From: Candidatus Eiseniibacteriota bacterium
GTDB taxonomy: Bacteria; Eisenbacteria; RBG-16-71-46; CAIMUX01; VGJL01
Reading direction: 5' to 3'
DNA: 36,929 bases
Assembly (NCBI GenBank): GCA_041946735.1
Contig: JBHGAY010000037.1
Location: 1-36,929 of the forward strand
Made by a program: the position numbers and the translations under genes. The notes below the pieces were generated by a model that was given only the letters and a program-made list of their open reading frames with translations, did no database searches and was not told the origin of the DNA. Shown here piece by piece: positions 1 to 8,700 of the stretch. Position 1 is the first letter of the stretch, and each line of letters begins with the position of its first letter.

Positions 1-213
1 CCCGGCCGAACTGGCGGGAGTCACGTAATCTGGTCTCCGGAGAACCCGGGGCGGTTCAGGCCCGCTGCCATAGTATGTGGACTGGATCGAACCCGGACTT
101 GGAGTGGTAGTTGTCTCCAAGTCGATAGCCAGTTCCGGTGCGCCGGTGCTTGCTTGCGCATGGATGAGAAGGAGTGCCACGGCAAGCGACAAGATCGAGT
201 AGAATCGCTTCAT
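1..213 (-). CDS. Secreted hypothetical protein, 5' part only (runs off the window)
   Basis: ATG at 213 with GGAGG upstream, just after the stop of the 229-933 gene; translates MKRFYSILSLAVALLLIHAQASTG (Sec-type signal peptide) with no stop down to base 1. Confidence 0.75.
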   Translation of the reverse strand, partial: MKRFYSILSLAVALLLIHAQASTGAPELAIDLETTTTPSPGSIQSTYYGSGPEPPRVLRRPDYVTPASSAG

Positions 214-228
214 CTTAGTGACCTCCCC

Positions 229-933
229 CTACTCAGTTACGGCCTTGATCGTGCCAGTTGTGCCGGTGCCCTGAGGGTCGTCCTGCCATTCGGCTCCGTC
301 GAGACTCGGTCCACCAGGGCAGTCGTTCATGCCATCGCTTTGCCACCGCAGAATTCCGAAGTTTGTGATCTCATCTTCCACGGCCGGTACAGAGTCATCA
401 GCGAAGTAGCTGTGGCCGGAGCCAGGATACTCCGCTGTGCGCAGTGAGTCCCCGAGCGACCCGTAGGCGGCTACCCAACAGACCGGAAATAGCGTACTGC
501 CTGAGACCGGCTCGCCATATGCAACAAGCGTCCCTCCTGGCGTGCCTGGGAAACCATCATCTGGAAGCTCCAGTGGGCTCTCCCCACACGCTTGGTACGC
601 GACAACGCCCTCTTGTCCTTGCGGTAGGTTGTGCTCGACGCCAAACTGGATTCCGGCTACGGCAGGGTCACTCTCCTCAGGGAAAGCGGCCAGGATCCAG
701 ATCACGGCCGGAGTCTTGGAGTTCTTGTTGCTCCTGGCAACTGCATCCTCGCAAGATCCCGGCATCCGAAGATCGACCCCGCAGTAATCGCCGGTAGCCG
801 TGTACGTGACGGTGTTGTCAGTATGAACAATCAGAGCACCGTCGGCGTTCTTCCCAGCCCTTACTGTCAAAGCGGACAGGAGCAACAAGCCAGCAGCTAC
901 GATACCTGTGATCCTCCAACGAGAGAGGCACAT
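229..933 (-). CDS. Secreted Cys-containing hypothetical protein of a type I associate with Eisenbacteria-like genomes
   Basis: GGAGG then ATG at 933; signal peptide ending VRA; mature start GKNADGALIVHT..DYCG..SCEDA..WILAAFP. Confidence 0.75.
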   Translation of the reverse strand: MCLSRWRITGIVAAGLLLLSALTVRAGKNADGALIVHTDNTVTYTATGDYCGVDLRMPGSCEDAVARSNKNSKTPAVIWILAAFPEESDPAVAGIQFGVEHNLPQGQEGVVAYQACGESPLELPDDGFPGTPGGTLVAYGEPVSGSTLFPVCWVAAYGSLGDSLRTAEYPGSGHSYFADDSVPAVEDEITNFGILRWQSDGMNDCPGGPSLDGAEWQDDPQGTGTTGTIKAVTE

Positions 934-1543
934 GCGGCCCTCCAATCCATCTGCAGTTGAGGACACCACGATCACATTGGGAAGAAGAGGGAGGAGTCAT
1001 CGGCACGCTGGATTCCGACATTGACTTCTCGTTCGCTCTCCACCCGTTCGACTGCACACGCACCATCACGGACCGTCCAACTCCATCGGACTTGAGCCGG
1101 ACCGGTTGAGTATCGAAGCCCTCGGCCAAAAAGGATCATGGTTCGAGCGTGAGATGTCAAGCGCGAGACGCGTCTCGATCATCTTCGGCCGAGCCTCCCA
1201 CTTCCCCCTATCTCCGAGCGCCGGACTTTACATTCGAACCCCGAAATGACTCCTGGCGGTCCGCGCATCCGCGGCTCCAGCGCCCACTCTCTTCCATCGC
1301 GTCTCCCGCATGCCGTCACGCCACAGATGAATAGGGCCGAGCTCGCCTGGAAGCTGACCGTCGACTTCTCCGTTGGACTGCGACCCGCGTCAATCTTGGA
1401 AACGATGTCGTCGAGCAAGGACCTTGCGTGGTCCGTCGGGAAGGTGAGGTACTGCCAAGCCCGCAACCGAGGAAATCGCCACCGCGAGTCGTGGGCGCTC
1501 GATATCGCCGCCGGCAAGCAGACGCGCCCACCTTGGAGAACCA

Positions 1544-1990
1544 TCACGGCGCCTCGTACAAACACTGGATCACATTGGTCGAGTAATCGAACCAGTCGTC
1601 CTCGCAACCCGAGTCGGTGCCGATCCCGAGATCGAAGTACCCGTAGCCGCGATCCGGGGGAACCCAGTAGTAGACGTGCCCACTGTCCGCGGACTGCCCT
1701 TTGGGGGTCACCGTCGTTCTCGCCTCATCTCCTCCCTCGAGATCGTCGAAGGCGATCTGGACGTACCCGGAGTCGTCGGCTATAGCGTACCCCGAATCGA
1801 CGTAGCCAGTGCCAGGGCGGTAGATCTGTACGCTCACATTCGCGTCGCTGATCCAGCCCGCGGCGCCGCAGCGACCGATCTTGAGCTTCAAGACCCCGGC
1901 GGTTCCTGCTTCGCACTCTCCGCTGCTTGCGACAGCCAGTACGCAGAACACCCCGCTCGTCAGAATCCCCCTCCACGCTCTGCCAGTCAC
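1544..1990 (-). CDS. Small secreted beta-rich hypothetical protein
   Basis: GGAGG then GTG at 1990 (ORF track starts at 2011); hydrophobic signal-like N-terminus; acidic, Tyr/Gly-rich mature part with Cys residues; directly downstream of the kinase gene. Confidence 0.7.
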   Translation of the reverse strand: MTGRAWRGILTSGVFCVLAVASSGECEAGTAGVLKLKIGRCGAAGWISDANVSVQIYRPGTGYVDSGYAIADDSGYVQIAFDDLEGGDEARTTVTPKGQSADSGHVYYWVPPDRGYGYFDLGIGTDSGCEDDWFDYSTNVIQCLYEAP

Positions 1991-2052
1991 TGCCCCCTCC
2001 TCTCTCGCCATCCGGCGTCACGTTCGCAATCCGCGCGTGCAACAAACGCCCC

Positions 2053-5000
2053 CTACGGTCCGTCTACTTGCCCCCGGAATTCCAGGCAGTCGGTCAAGAG
2101 CCCCAGACACCGGAACCGCCGCGCCAGGGCTATGGCCTGATCGATCTGCTGGGATGCCACGGCCAGCTCACCGGCGGCCCGGCTTGCCTTCGCGAGGTCC
2201 AAACGAGCTCGACCGCGGTAGTACCCATATCCTTGGCGAGGAAACGTCAAGAGCTCGTCCTCGAACACCGCGGCGGCACGCAACGCGGCCTCGGTGTTCT
2301 TCCTCTTGACCGCGATCGCGAGACTCAGACGGCCAAGCTGGTGAAGATAGCGGGCAACGGTGAGAACATCCCGTGCCCCCGTCATTGCCGGAGCCAGCCT
2401 GAGGGCCGCGAGGGCGGCTTCCGGGTCACCCTCGGCTTCCTTGAGCAGAGCCGCCAGGCGAGCCCGCGTGTTGGGCCCCGCTGCCGATAGCGTGCGTTCG
2501 AGTTCCTGGCCGTGCGCCTGCACGACGTCCCACGCCTCGAAGTCCAGAAGGGTGTCGATGTACTGGCACCAGATGTGGTCCTGAAGCGACCCCGGGACCT
2601 CGGTACTTAGGAGCCAGGCCTCGGCGGCTGCCCGAAGCGCTTCCCGCTGCATCCCGCAATGCAGGTGGCAGAAGGCGAGGAGTCCGCGGACAGTGACATC
2701 ATTGACAGGGTCAAACCGCACGACGGGCAGAAGGTCCAAAGCCTCCGCCTTCGCCGCTTCGATCCGCCCGAGGTCTGCCCAGCTCCAGGCTCTGCGGATT
2801 CGCAAGCCCACGATGCGCCCGCGCGTCGCGTGGTCGCGCACGGCCTCGCGGATGCCTTCTTCCGCACACTGCTCCTCCAGGGTCGGCTGACCGATCTGGC
2901 TATATATCAAGGCGAGGTTCGTTCGAAGCTGCGCAGCCGTCTCCGGGTCGTGGGAGGAGTGCACGGCTGACCGGAGGGCGCGAATGGCGGCTTTCGGGCT
3001 CTCGACAGACTTCAGAGCCGCAAGGAGCTGAAGACTCAACGGCTCAAACCAATGCCGGCTACCACGTAACCGCCGGACTGCTCGGCCGCAGAGCGCCTGG
3101 GCTTCTGCTTCTCGGCTGCTCGCATAGGCGTGCCGGGCCTGCAGGAAGTCCACAGCGCCACCCGCGTATGGGTGTTGTGACTTCGACAAAAGTCCGATCG
3201 CGTGCTCCCCGTCCTTGCCTTTGCGTAGAGCGAGGTCGGCCAGGATGCACCGGCTCTCGAACGATGCTTCCTGATCCTCCCCCTCCGCCGCTGATTGCAG
3301 CAGCAGGAGGCTCACTTCGGGAGAAACCGCGCGGAGAGCCATCCCGAGGAGCACGGCCAGCCGCTCTCGGCTCCACGCATCCCCAACGACTGTCCGAAAT
3401 GCCTCGAGGCGTTCCTCGGCCGCGGTGATCGTCCAGGTCTCGGGACTTCCCGTGCTTGCGGTAATGAGTCGAAGGGCGTCCCGCCAGCGGCGCTGCTGAT
3501 GAGCGATGAGTAACGCCGTGGAAACCGCTCGACGCTCGGTCTCATGGTCCCCAACCCGCCGGGCGAGAGAGCACTTGAAGATCACACCGTCAACGTCATC
3601 GGGCCTCGTGCGGTAGTGCTCGAGCAGCCAGACGCTCATTCCCGGTGTTGCGGCCCGCGACTTCGAGGCCGCATCGCGCCACAGTCTCTGAGTTACGAAC
3701 GCGAGTCGTCCTTCTCCCGGCGGCAGGAGCAGACCGCGGTTCTCGAGCTCCGCCAGCACCCGATCCGCAAGAAACCGGCCGGAGAACAACGTCGCCAGGT
3801 CGCGATCGAAGGCCCGGCCGAGCTGAGCCATCGATTCCAGACTCCGCTGCAGATGGTCCGGCAAGCCCTCGAAGACCGGCGGGGGCGGTGCTGGATGCCA
3901 GGCCTCGAGCGCTTGCCCGAGTCCCGTTGGATCGAGGTGCCATACCTGCCCTTCCGGAACCCCGGATGAGCGCATGCAGTGGGCAAACCCTTCGGCGGCA
4001 AGCCCGAGGTCGCCTTCGGTGCGTTCGTACAGCGCCGAGGAGAGCCCGACCGCGTCAGGTCCCGGCGCCCCGAGGGTCGCGCTCACGATCTCGGAGAAAT
4101 CCTGCGGCTCGATCGCGCGCAGGGATATCGCGGGGTGGGCCGCGGCTTGGAGAACGATGCTGCGAAGGCGATCCGCCTCCGGGCCCGACTTCCAGGTGAG
4201 CCCTGGGGAGGGATCGTCGACGCCAAGGACCACGGGGCACGGAAGGCGCAGCAGCTGCTCCAGGATCTCCATGTCGACGGAGCTCGTCCCCCCGAGGTCG
4301 ACGACGCGAAGGCAACTGCGCTTCTCGGCCGCCGCATCCAGGGCTGCCTCCAGCAGAAAGCGCGTGAGACCGCACCCCGGGCGAGATTGGATCAGGACGC
4401 GAGCCAGGCTGTGCCGTCGCAACTGGCTCTTCAGCTGCGAGAGCGGCTCTTCACGACCGCGGAGGGGACCGCCCCCCAAGGCCGGCGGCTGCGGGTCGAG
4501 ACGGATGCCGAAGGCGGCGGCAATCGCGTCGGCGAGTTCCACGCTGTCGGCAAACCGGCGGGCAGGCAGCTCGTCGCGAAGGCGGGCCACGATCGGCGGC
4601 CAGCGCGAATCCTCTCGGACTCCTGGGAAGTCCTCTTCGAGCAGCACGCCGAGCGAGTAGAGGTCCGCCCGGCCATCGACCACCCACTCTCGGCTGATTT
4701 CGGGGGCGAGGTAAGGAGGAAGCCCTCCGCCCACCGCCCCTTCGGCGGAGCCGTAACGATCGTGGGCGAAACCGAAGTCGAGCAGGCGAAGGTTCCCCGC
4801 TTCGTCGAAGAGAACGTTGGCGGGGCGAAGGTCGCCGTGGATCCACCCCGCCCGATGCACATGACCGAGGACTTGGCAGAATCGCAGCGCTAGCTCGGCG
4901 ACGTGTTGCGCATCGAGGTCACGCGACTCGGCCAGTGGCCGGCCTGGGATGTGCTCGAGGACGAGCACCACATCCCGTGATCCGACGCGGAAGAGATCGA

Positions 5001-5280
5001 GAAGGCGCGGGCCAATCCCCGGAGGCAAGCGAAGCAGGCAGCGCGCTTCCCAGCATCCCTCGGCGAGGGGCACGCGCTTCAAAACCACCTTCGAACCCGT
5101 GAGTCTATCGTGCGCGAAATCGACCTGCCGTCCTGCGGTCTGGCTCAGGGGAGTCTCGGGTTCGTAGCGAGGATCCGAGACGGCTGTCACCGTCTCTCCG
5201 GACTGGGGCGATCGTGCGGTTCGTTTCGCATTCATTCTCTGCTCTTCCCGAAGAAAGCTCAGCCTGGACACTGAGCTCAT
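2053..5280 (-). CDS. Ser/Thr protein kinase fused to a degenerate AAA_16/STAND-like P-loop domain and a helical TPR-like region
   Basis: Kinase motifs VVLKR, HGDLRPANV, DFG, YLAPE, DLYSLG; then LRGREE..SRPGCGLTRF (Walker A lacking Lys), VLGVDD and a long Ala/Leu/Arg helical region; start may be 5235. Confidence 0.85.
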   Translation of the reverse strand: MSSVSRLSFLREEQRMNAKRTARSPQSGETVTAVSDPRYEPETPLSQTAGRQVDFAHDRLTGSKVVLKRVPLAEGCWEARCLLRLPPGIGPRLLDLFRVGSRDVVLVLEHIPGRPLAESRDLDAQHVAELALRFCQVLGHVHRAGWIHGDLRPANVLFDEAGNLRLLDFGFAHDRYGSAEGAVGGGLPPYLAPEISREWVVDGRADLYSLGVLLEEDFPGVREDSRWPPIVARLRDELPARRFADSVELADAIAAAFGIRLDPQPPALGGGPLRGREEPLSQLKSQLRRHSLARVLIQSRPGCGLTRFLLEAALDAAAEKRSCLRVVDLGGTSSVDMEILEQLLRLPCPVVLGVDDPSPGLTWKSGPEADRLRSIVLQAAAHPAISLRAIEPQDFSEIVSATLGAPGPDAVGLSSALYERTEGDLGLAAEGFAHCMRSSGVPEGQVWHLDPTGLGQALEAWHPAPPPPVFEGLPDHLQRSLESMAQLGRAFDRDLATLFSGRFLADRVLAELENRGLLLPPGEGRLAFVTQRLWRDAASKSRAATPGMSVWLLEHYRTRPDDVDGVIFKCSLARRVGDHETERRAVSTALLIAHQQRRWRDALRLITASTGSPETWTITAAEERLEAFRTVVGDAWSRERLAVLLGMALRAVSPEVSLLLLQSAAEGEDQEASFESRCILADLALRKGKDGEHAIGLLSKSQHPYAGGAVDFLQARHAYASSREAEAQALCGRAVRRLRGSRHWFEPLSLQLLAALKSVESPKAAIRALRSAVHSSHDPETAAQLRTNLALIYSQIGQPTLEEQCAEEGIREAVRDHATRGRIVGLRIRRAWSWADLGRIEAAKAEALDLLPVVRFDPVNDVTVRGLLAFCHLHCGMQREALRAAAEAWLLSTEVPGSLQDHIWCQYIDTLLDFEAWDVVQAHGQELERTLSAAGPNTRARLAALLKEAEGDPEAALAALRLAPAMTGARDVLTVARYLHQLGRLSLAIAVKRKNTEAALRAAAVFEDELLTFPRQGYGYYRGRARLDLAKASRAAGELAVASQQIDQAIALARRFRCLGLLTDCLEFRGQVDGP

Positions 5281-5329
5281 CGTTCGCGCACGGACAACCT
5301 AGCGCCTCGCATTCCTGATCACAAGGGAA

Positions 5330-5357
5330 TTGCTTCTCTTGAAGATTGCCCTAGAAT
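5330..5357 (+). promoter_or_regulatory. Putative sigma70 promoter of the activator gene
   Basis: TTGCTT-N16-TAGAAT upstream of GGAGG and ATG 5403. Confidence 0.4.
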
Positions 5358-5402
5358 AGGGCGTGAGCCAGCCGGCTGGCGGCAGCCAGAAACGGAGGGA
5401 GT

Positions 5403-6977
5403 ATGCCCAAGACGAGGAAACCCAAGGAGCTTACAGGTCGAGGAGGCAAGCTCATCGACCGAATGGAACTCGCGAGTCTGAAGGCCGATCTCCGCGGCGA
5501 GAAGCCCGCATCCGCGCAGACACTCGGCCCGGAACACCTCGAAGCGCTCCAGAGGTTCTCCTGTTCCCTGTTGGGTGAGGTCGATTTCGATCGTCTGCTG
5601 AAGACGATCCTCGGTGAGGCCGTCCGCCTCCTCGGTGCTCAGCGGGCCATCCTGTTCCTCGGCCGGCAGGACTCCGTGGGCCTGATGCCCGTCTCCGCAG
5701 TCGGCCTTCATGGGGAGGCATTGCGCAGAGTCGAGAAGGTGAGCCGGACGATCCTCGCCGAGTGCCGGCAAGGTCGGGTGGTCCTGACCGATGACGCAAC
5801 CGCCGATCCCCGCTACACGGGCGTCCACAGCATTCGCGCGAACCGCATTCGCTCGATCCTCGGCGCTCCACTCCTCTCCGCCACCGGACAGATCGGGGTC
5901 CTCTACCTGGACGCGCCCACAGCTCACGCCTTTCCACAGGAAGCCCGCCCGCTCGTCGCTTCAATGTGCCAGATCGCGGCGGCCGCACTCGAAGGTGCCC
6001 GGTTCCACGGGGAAGTCCTGAGAGAGGCCTCCTCGGCCGAGACCCAGGCGGGCGTGCTGCGTCACCTGCTCGGCGTCAGCGCGGCGAGCGAGACGCTTCG
6101 CCACCAGGCGGGAATCGCCGCGCGGGTCAACCAGCCGGTGCTGATCCTCGGAGAACCCGGAACGGGCCGAGGCTTCCTCGCTCGGGTGATCCACGACGCG
6201 AGTCCGCGCGCTCGCGGGCCGTTTGTGACAGCAGCCTGCGATGCGGCCCCACCCGCGATGCTCCCCGGTGTCTTCTTCGGCCGGACCGGCTTGGCCGGCA
6301 CGGGCAGCTATTCGAACGAGTCCGGGCTGTTGCGTCAGGCCGATCGCGGGTCCCTCTATCTCTCGAACGCCTCGGAGCTCGATGAGAGGACGGCGACGGC
6401 ACTCTCCGAGGTCCTCGAGAGCGGTCTCTTCCGTCCGGTCGGTGCCCATCGGGACGAATCGGTCGACGTTCGCCTGATCCTCTCCGCGGTGAGCCAGGAC
6501 CCGACGCGGCGGGGAACGCTCCGCGATCTGCTGCCGCCCCGCCTTCAGGTGCTCGCCATTGAGATCCCCCCTCTTCGCGAGCGGCCTGAAGACATCCCGG
6601 AGTTCGCGGTGGCCTTCCTCCGCAGCGCGCAGGCCCACACAGCGAGCGATCGCCTCTCCTTCACCGACGAAGCCCTGGACGTCTTGACCCGCTACCCCTG
6701 GCCCGGGAACCTCCGTCAGCTGCGCACCGTGCTCCATCGCCTGCTCCTCTTGGCGGTCGCAACGATCCAGGCCCGGGACGTCGAAGAGGTGCTGTCGCAG
6801 GACAGCGGGGACCTCGACTGGGCGAGGGATCGGTCCGGGGAGGTGCTGAGCCTTCAGGCACTCGAGGAAGCGGCCATTCGGCAGGCACTGAAGAAGACCG
6901 CGGGCAACCGCGCGGAGGCGGCCAAGCTCCTTGGGATCCATCGCAACACGCTGACGATCAAACTCCGGAAGATCTAG
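5403..6977 (+). CDS. GAF + sigma54-activator-like AAA+ + Fis HTH regulator with degenerate catalytic motifs
   Basis: GAF (VSRTIL..RSILGAPL..GVLYLD), LILGEPGTGRG, PPLRERPEDI, WPGNLRQL, GNRAEAAKLLGIHRNTL; GGAGG RBS. Confidence 0.9.
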   Translation: MPKTRKPKELTGRGGKLIDRMELASLKADLRGEKPASAQTLGPEHLEALQRFSCSLLGEVDFDRLLKTILGEAVRLLGAQRAILFLGRQDSVGLMPVSAVGLHGEALRRVEKVSRTILAECRQGRVVLTDDATADPRYTGVHSIRANRIRSILGAPLLSATGQIGVLYLDAPTAHAFPQEARPLVASMCQIAAAALEGARFHGEVLREASSAETQAGVLRHLLGVSAASETLRHQAGIAARVNQPVLILGEPGTGRGFLARVIHDASPRARGPFVTAACDAAPPAMLPGVFFGRTGLAGTGSYSNESGLLRQADRGSLYLSNASELDERTATALSEVLESGLFRPVGAHRDESVDVRLILSAVSQDPTRRGTLRDLLPPRLQVLAIEIPPLRERPEDIPEFAVAFLRSAQAHTASDRLSFTDEALDVLTRYPWPGNLRQLRTVLHRLLLLAVATIQARDVEEVLSQDSGDLDWARDRSGEVLSLQALEEAAIRQALKKTAGNRAEAAKLLGIHRNTLTIKLRKI

Positions 6978-7261
6978 GAGCGCTTTGAGAGCCCGAGGAG
7001 TTCGAGGGTCCCCGAGGCCTGTGCCCGAAAGGCGGGCATCGGCACGTGGTGTATCTCTGTCAAACCCGACGCGCCGGCGACATGCCGATGACGTCAACGG
7101 AACGAGACGCTTGCGGGCAAGCGGCTCCTGACGGCTTTCCTCGCCGGCTCGCTCGCCCCTGACATATTTGGTGTCCATAATGGGCCCAAGCCCGGAGAAG
7201 ACGGGGCAAGTCCACACAAAGAGCTTTCGGTTCTAACCATGTATGGATACAAGAATTACGA

Positions 7262-7347
7262 TACCGGGAGTGGGGCTCGAACCCACATGGGCCTCACGGC
7301 CCGGCGGATTTTAAATCCGCTGCGTCTACCTGTTCCGCCATCCCGGC
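7262..7347 (-). tRNA. tRNA-Leu(UAA)
   Basis: Reverse complement folds to a cloverleaf: acceptor GCCGGGA/TCCCGGT, anticodon arm GCGGA-TTTAAAA-TCCGC, long variable arm, T arm GTGGG-TTCGAGC-CCCAC; CCA not encoded. Confidence 0.97.
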
Positions 7348-7383
7348 CCACACACGATACGAGAGAGCATCACGCGGCCGATT

Positions 7384-8610
7384 CTACCGCGGTTGCTCCC
7401 CCGTCGCTTCCCGGGCGATCCGGTCTGCCATCCTGCCGGCCGCCGCCCGGAACGTCTCCTCGGGAGGGAGAAGGCTCAGGACGAGGTAGCCCTCCCCCGG
7501 AAAGTCGAAGAGATAACCCGGGTGGACGTAGACGCGCTCGTCCTCGAGCAGGCGCATCGCCCACTGCTCGTCGGTCAGGATGCGCGGGACTCGGACGACC
7601 GCGTACCAGCCGCCGTCGGCCGCCAGGACTTCCCAGCAGCATCCCGGCACGGAGGCCGCCGCCTCGAGATGCGCGCGATTCGCTCGCACGCGGGCGCGGA
7701 TCGTATCACGCACGGCGCGGCCCGCACCGAGCAGCGCGTCGACCCCGGCCTGCACCGGCGTTCCCACCGAGAGGAACGTGTCGCCCAGGATCTCGAGCCG
7801 CGCGAGTGCCTCCTCACGCTCCGCCGCCGGACCGTCCGCCAGGATCCAGGAGAGCTTCAGCTGCGGCAATCCCGCGGCCTTCGAGAGGCCTCCGAGGGAG
7901 AAGACGAGCGCCGTTCGCCCCACGATCCCGAGGAGCGAACGCGGCGTGCCGGCCGGAAGGTCGTCACCGAAGGGGAAGTCGGCGAAGACCTCGTCGGAGA
8001 TCACGGCCAGCCCGCGCTCAGCGCAGAACGCCGCCAGCTCGCGCGCCTCGGTCTCGCGCAGCATGGAGCCGGTCGGATTGTTCGGATGGACGACGAGGAC
8101 GGCGCGCGAGCGCTGCGTCGCGGCGTGCGCCAGCTCGCCGGCGTCGAGCCTCCACCGTCCGTCGTACTCGAGCGGGTAGCGGACGATCCCCACTCCCTCG
8201 ACCTGCGCGAGGAAGTCGAACAGCGGGTAGCTCGGAGCGGGAACGAGGATCTCGTCGCCGGGCTCGCAGAGAAGCTTGAACAGCCAGGCGTAGGCCTCGC
8301 TCGTGCTCGCGGTCAGGACCATCCGCTCGGCGGACGCCCCCTCGATGCCCCCGGCCGCGAGATGCGATGCGATCGCCCGGCGAGCGGCGAGCGCCCCGCG
8401 CGGATCGGGCACGTAGTGCAGCGCGGCGTCGCGGGCAAGCGCGGCGAGGATCCGCTCGCCCGGATAGGGCAGCCCGGCGCGCGTCGGATTCGACTCGGTG
8501 AGATCGAGGACCGCAACACCCGCCGCCTCCATCTCGGCGCGCAAGCGAGCGAGCGGCTCGACGGCGCGGTCCCATGCGGTCCGGCGGGAGAAGGGGATCG
8601 TGGAGGACAT
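7384..8610 (-). CDS. PLP-dependent aminotransferase class I/II
   Basis: VHPNNPTG, ISDEVF, SLGGLSKAAGLPQLKLSW (PLP lysine), YVHPGYLF. Confidence 0.92.
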   Translation of the reverse strand: MSSTIPFSRRTAWDRAVEPLARLRAEMEAAGVAVLDLTESNPTRAGLPYPGERILAALARDAALHYVPDPRGALAARRAIASHLAAGGIEGASAERMVLTASTSEAYAWLFKLLCEPGDEILVPAPSYPLFDFLAQVEGVGIVRYPLEYDGRWRLDAGELAHAATQRSRAVLVVHPNNPTGSMLRETEARELAAFCAERGLAVISDEVFADFPFGDDLPAGTPRSLLGIVGRTALVFSLGGLSKAAGLPQLKLSWILADGPAAEREEALARLEILGDTFLSVGTPVQAGVDALLGAGRAVRDTIRARVRANRAHLEAAASVPGCCWEVLAADGGWYAVVRVPRILTDEQWAMRLLEDERVYVHPGYLFDFPGEGYLVLSLLPPEETFRAAAGRMADRIAREATGEQPR

Positions 8611-8700
8611 AGGCGGAGGCTAGCCGCCATGCGACGACCTGGCAATACGGCGCTCCTTGACCCGCTTCGAAACGCGCGGGATCCGTCGCCCGAGAGTGAT

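Noticed and set aside
2020..2050. Sigma54 promoter upstream of the 1544-1990 gene (TTGCACG..TTGC)
   Set aside because: Lacks the invariant GG and the spacing is 2 nt too long
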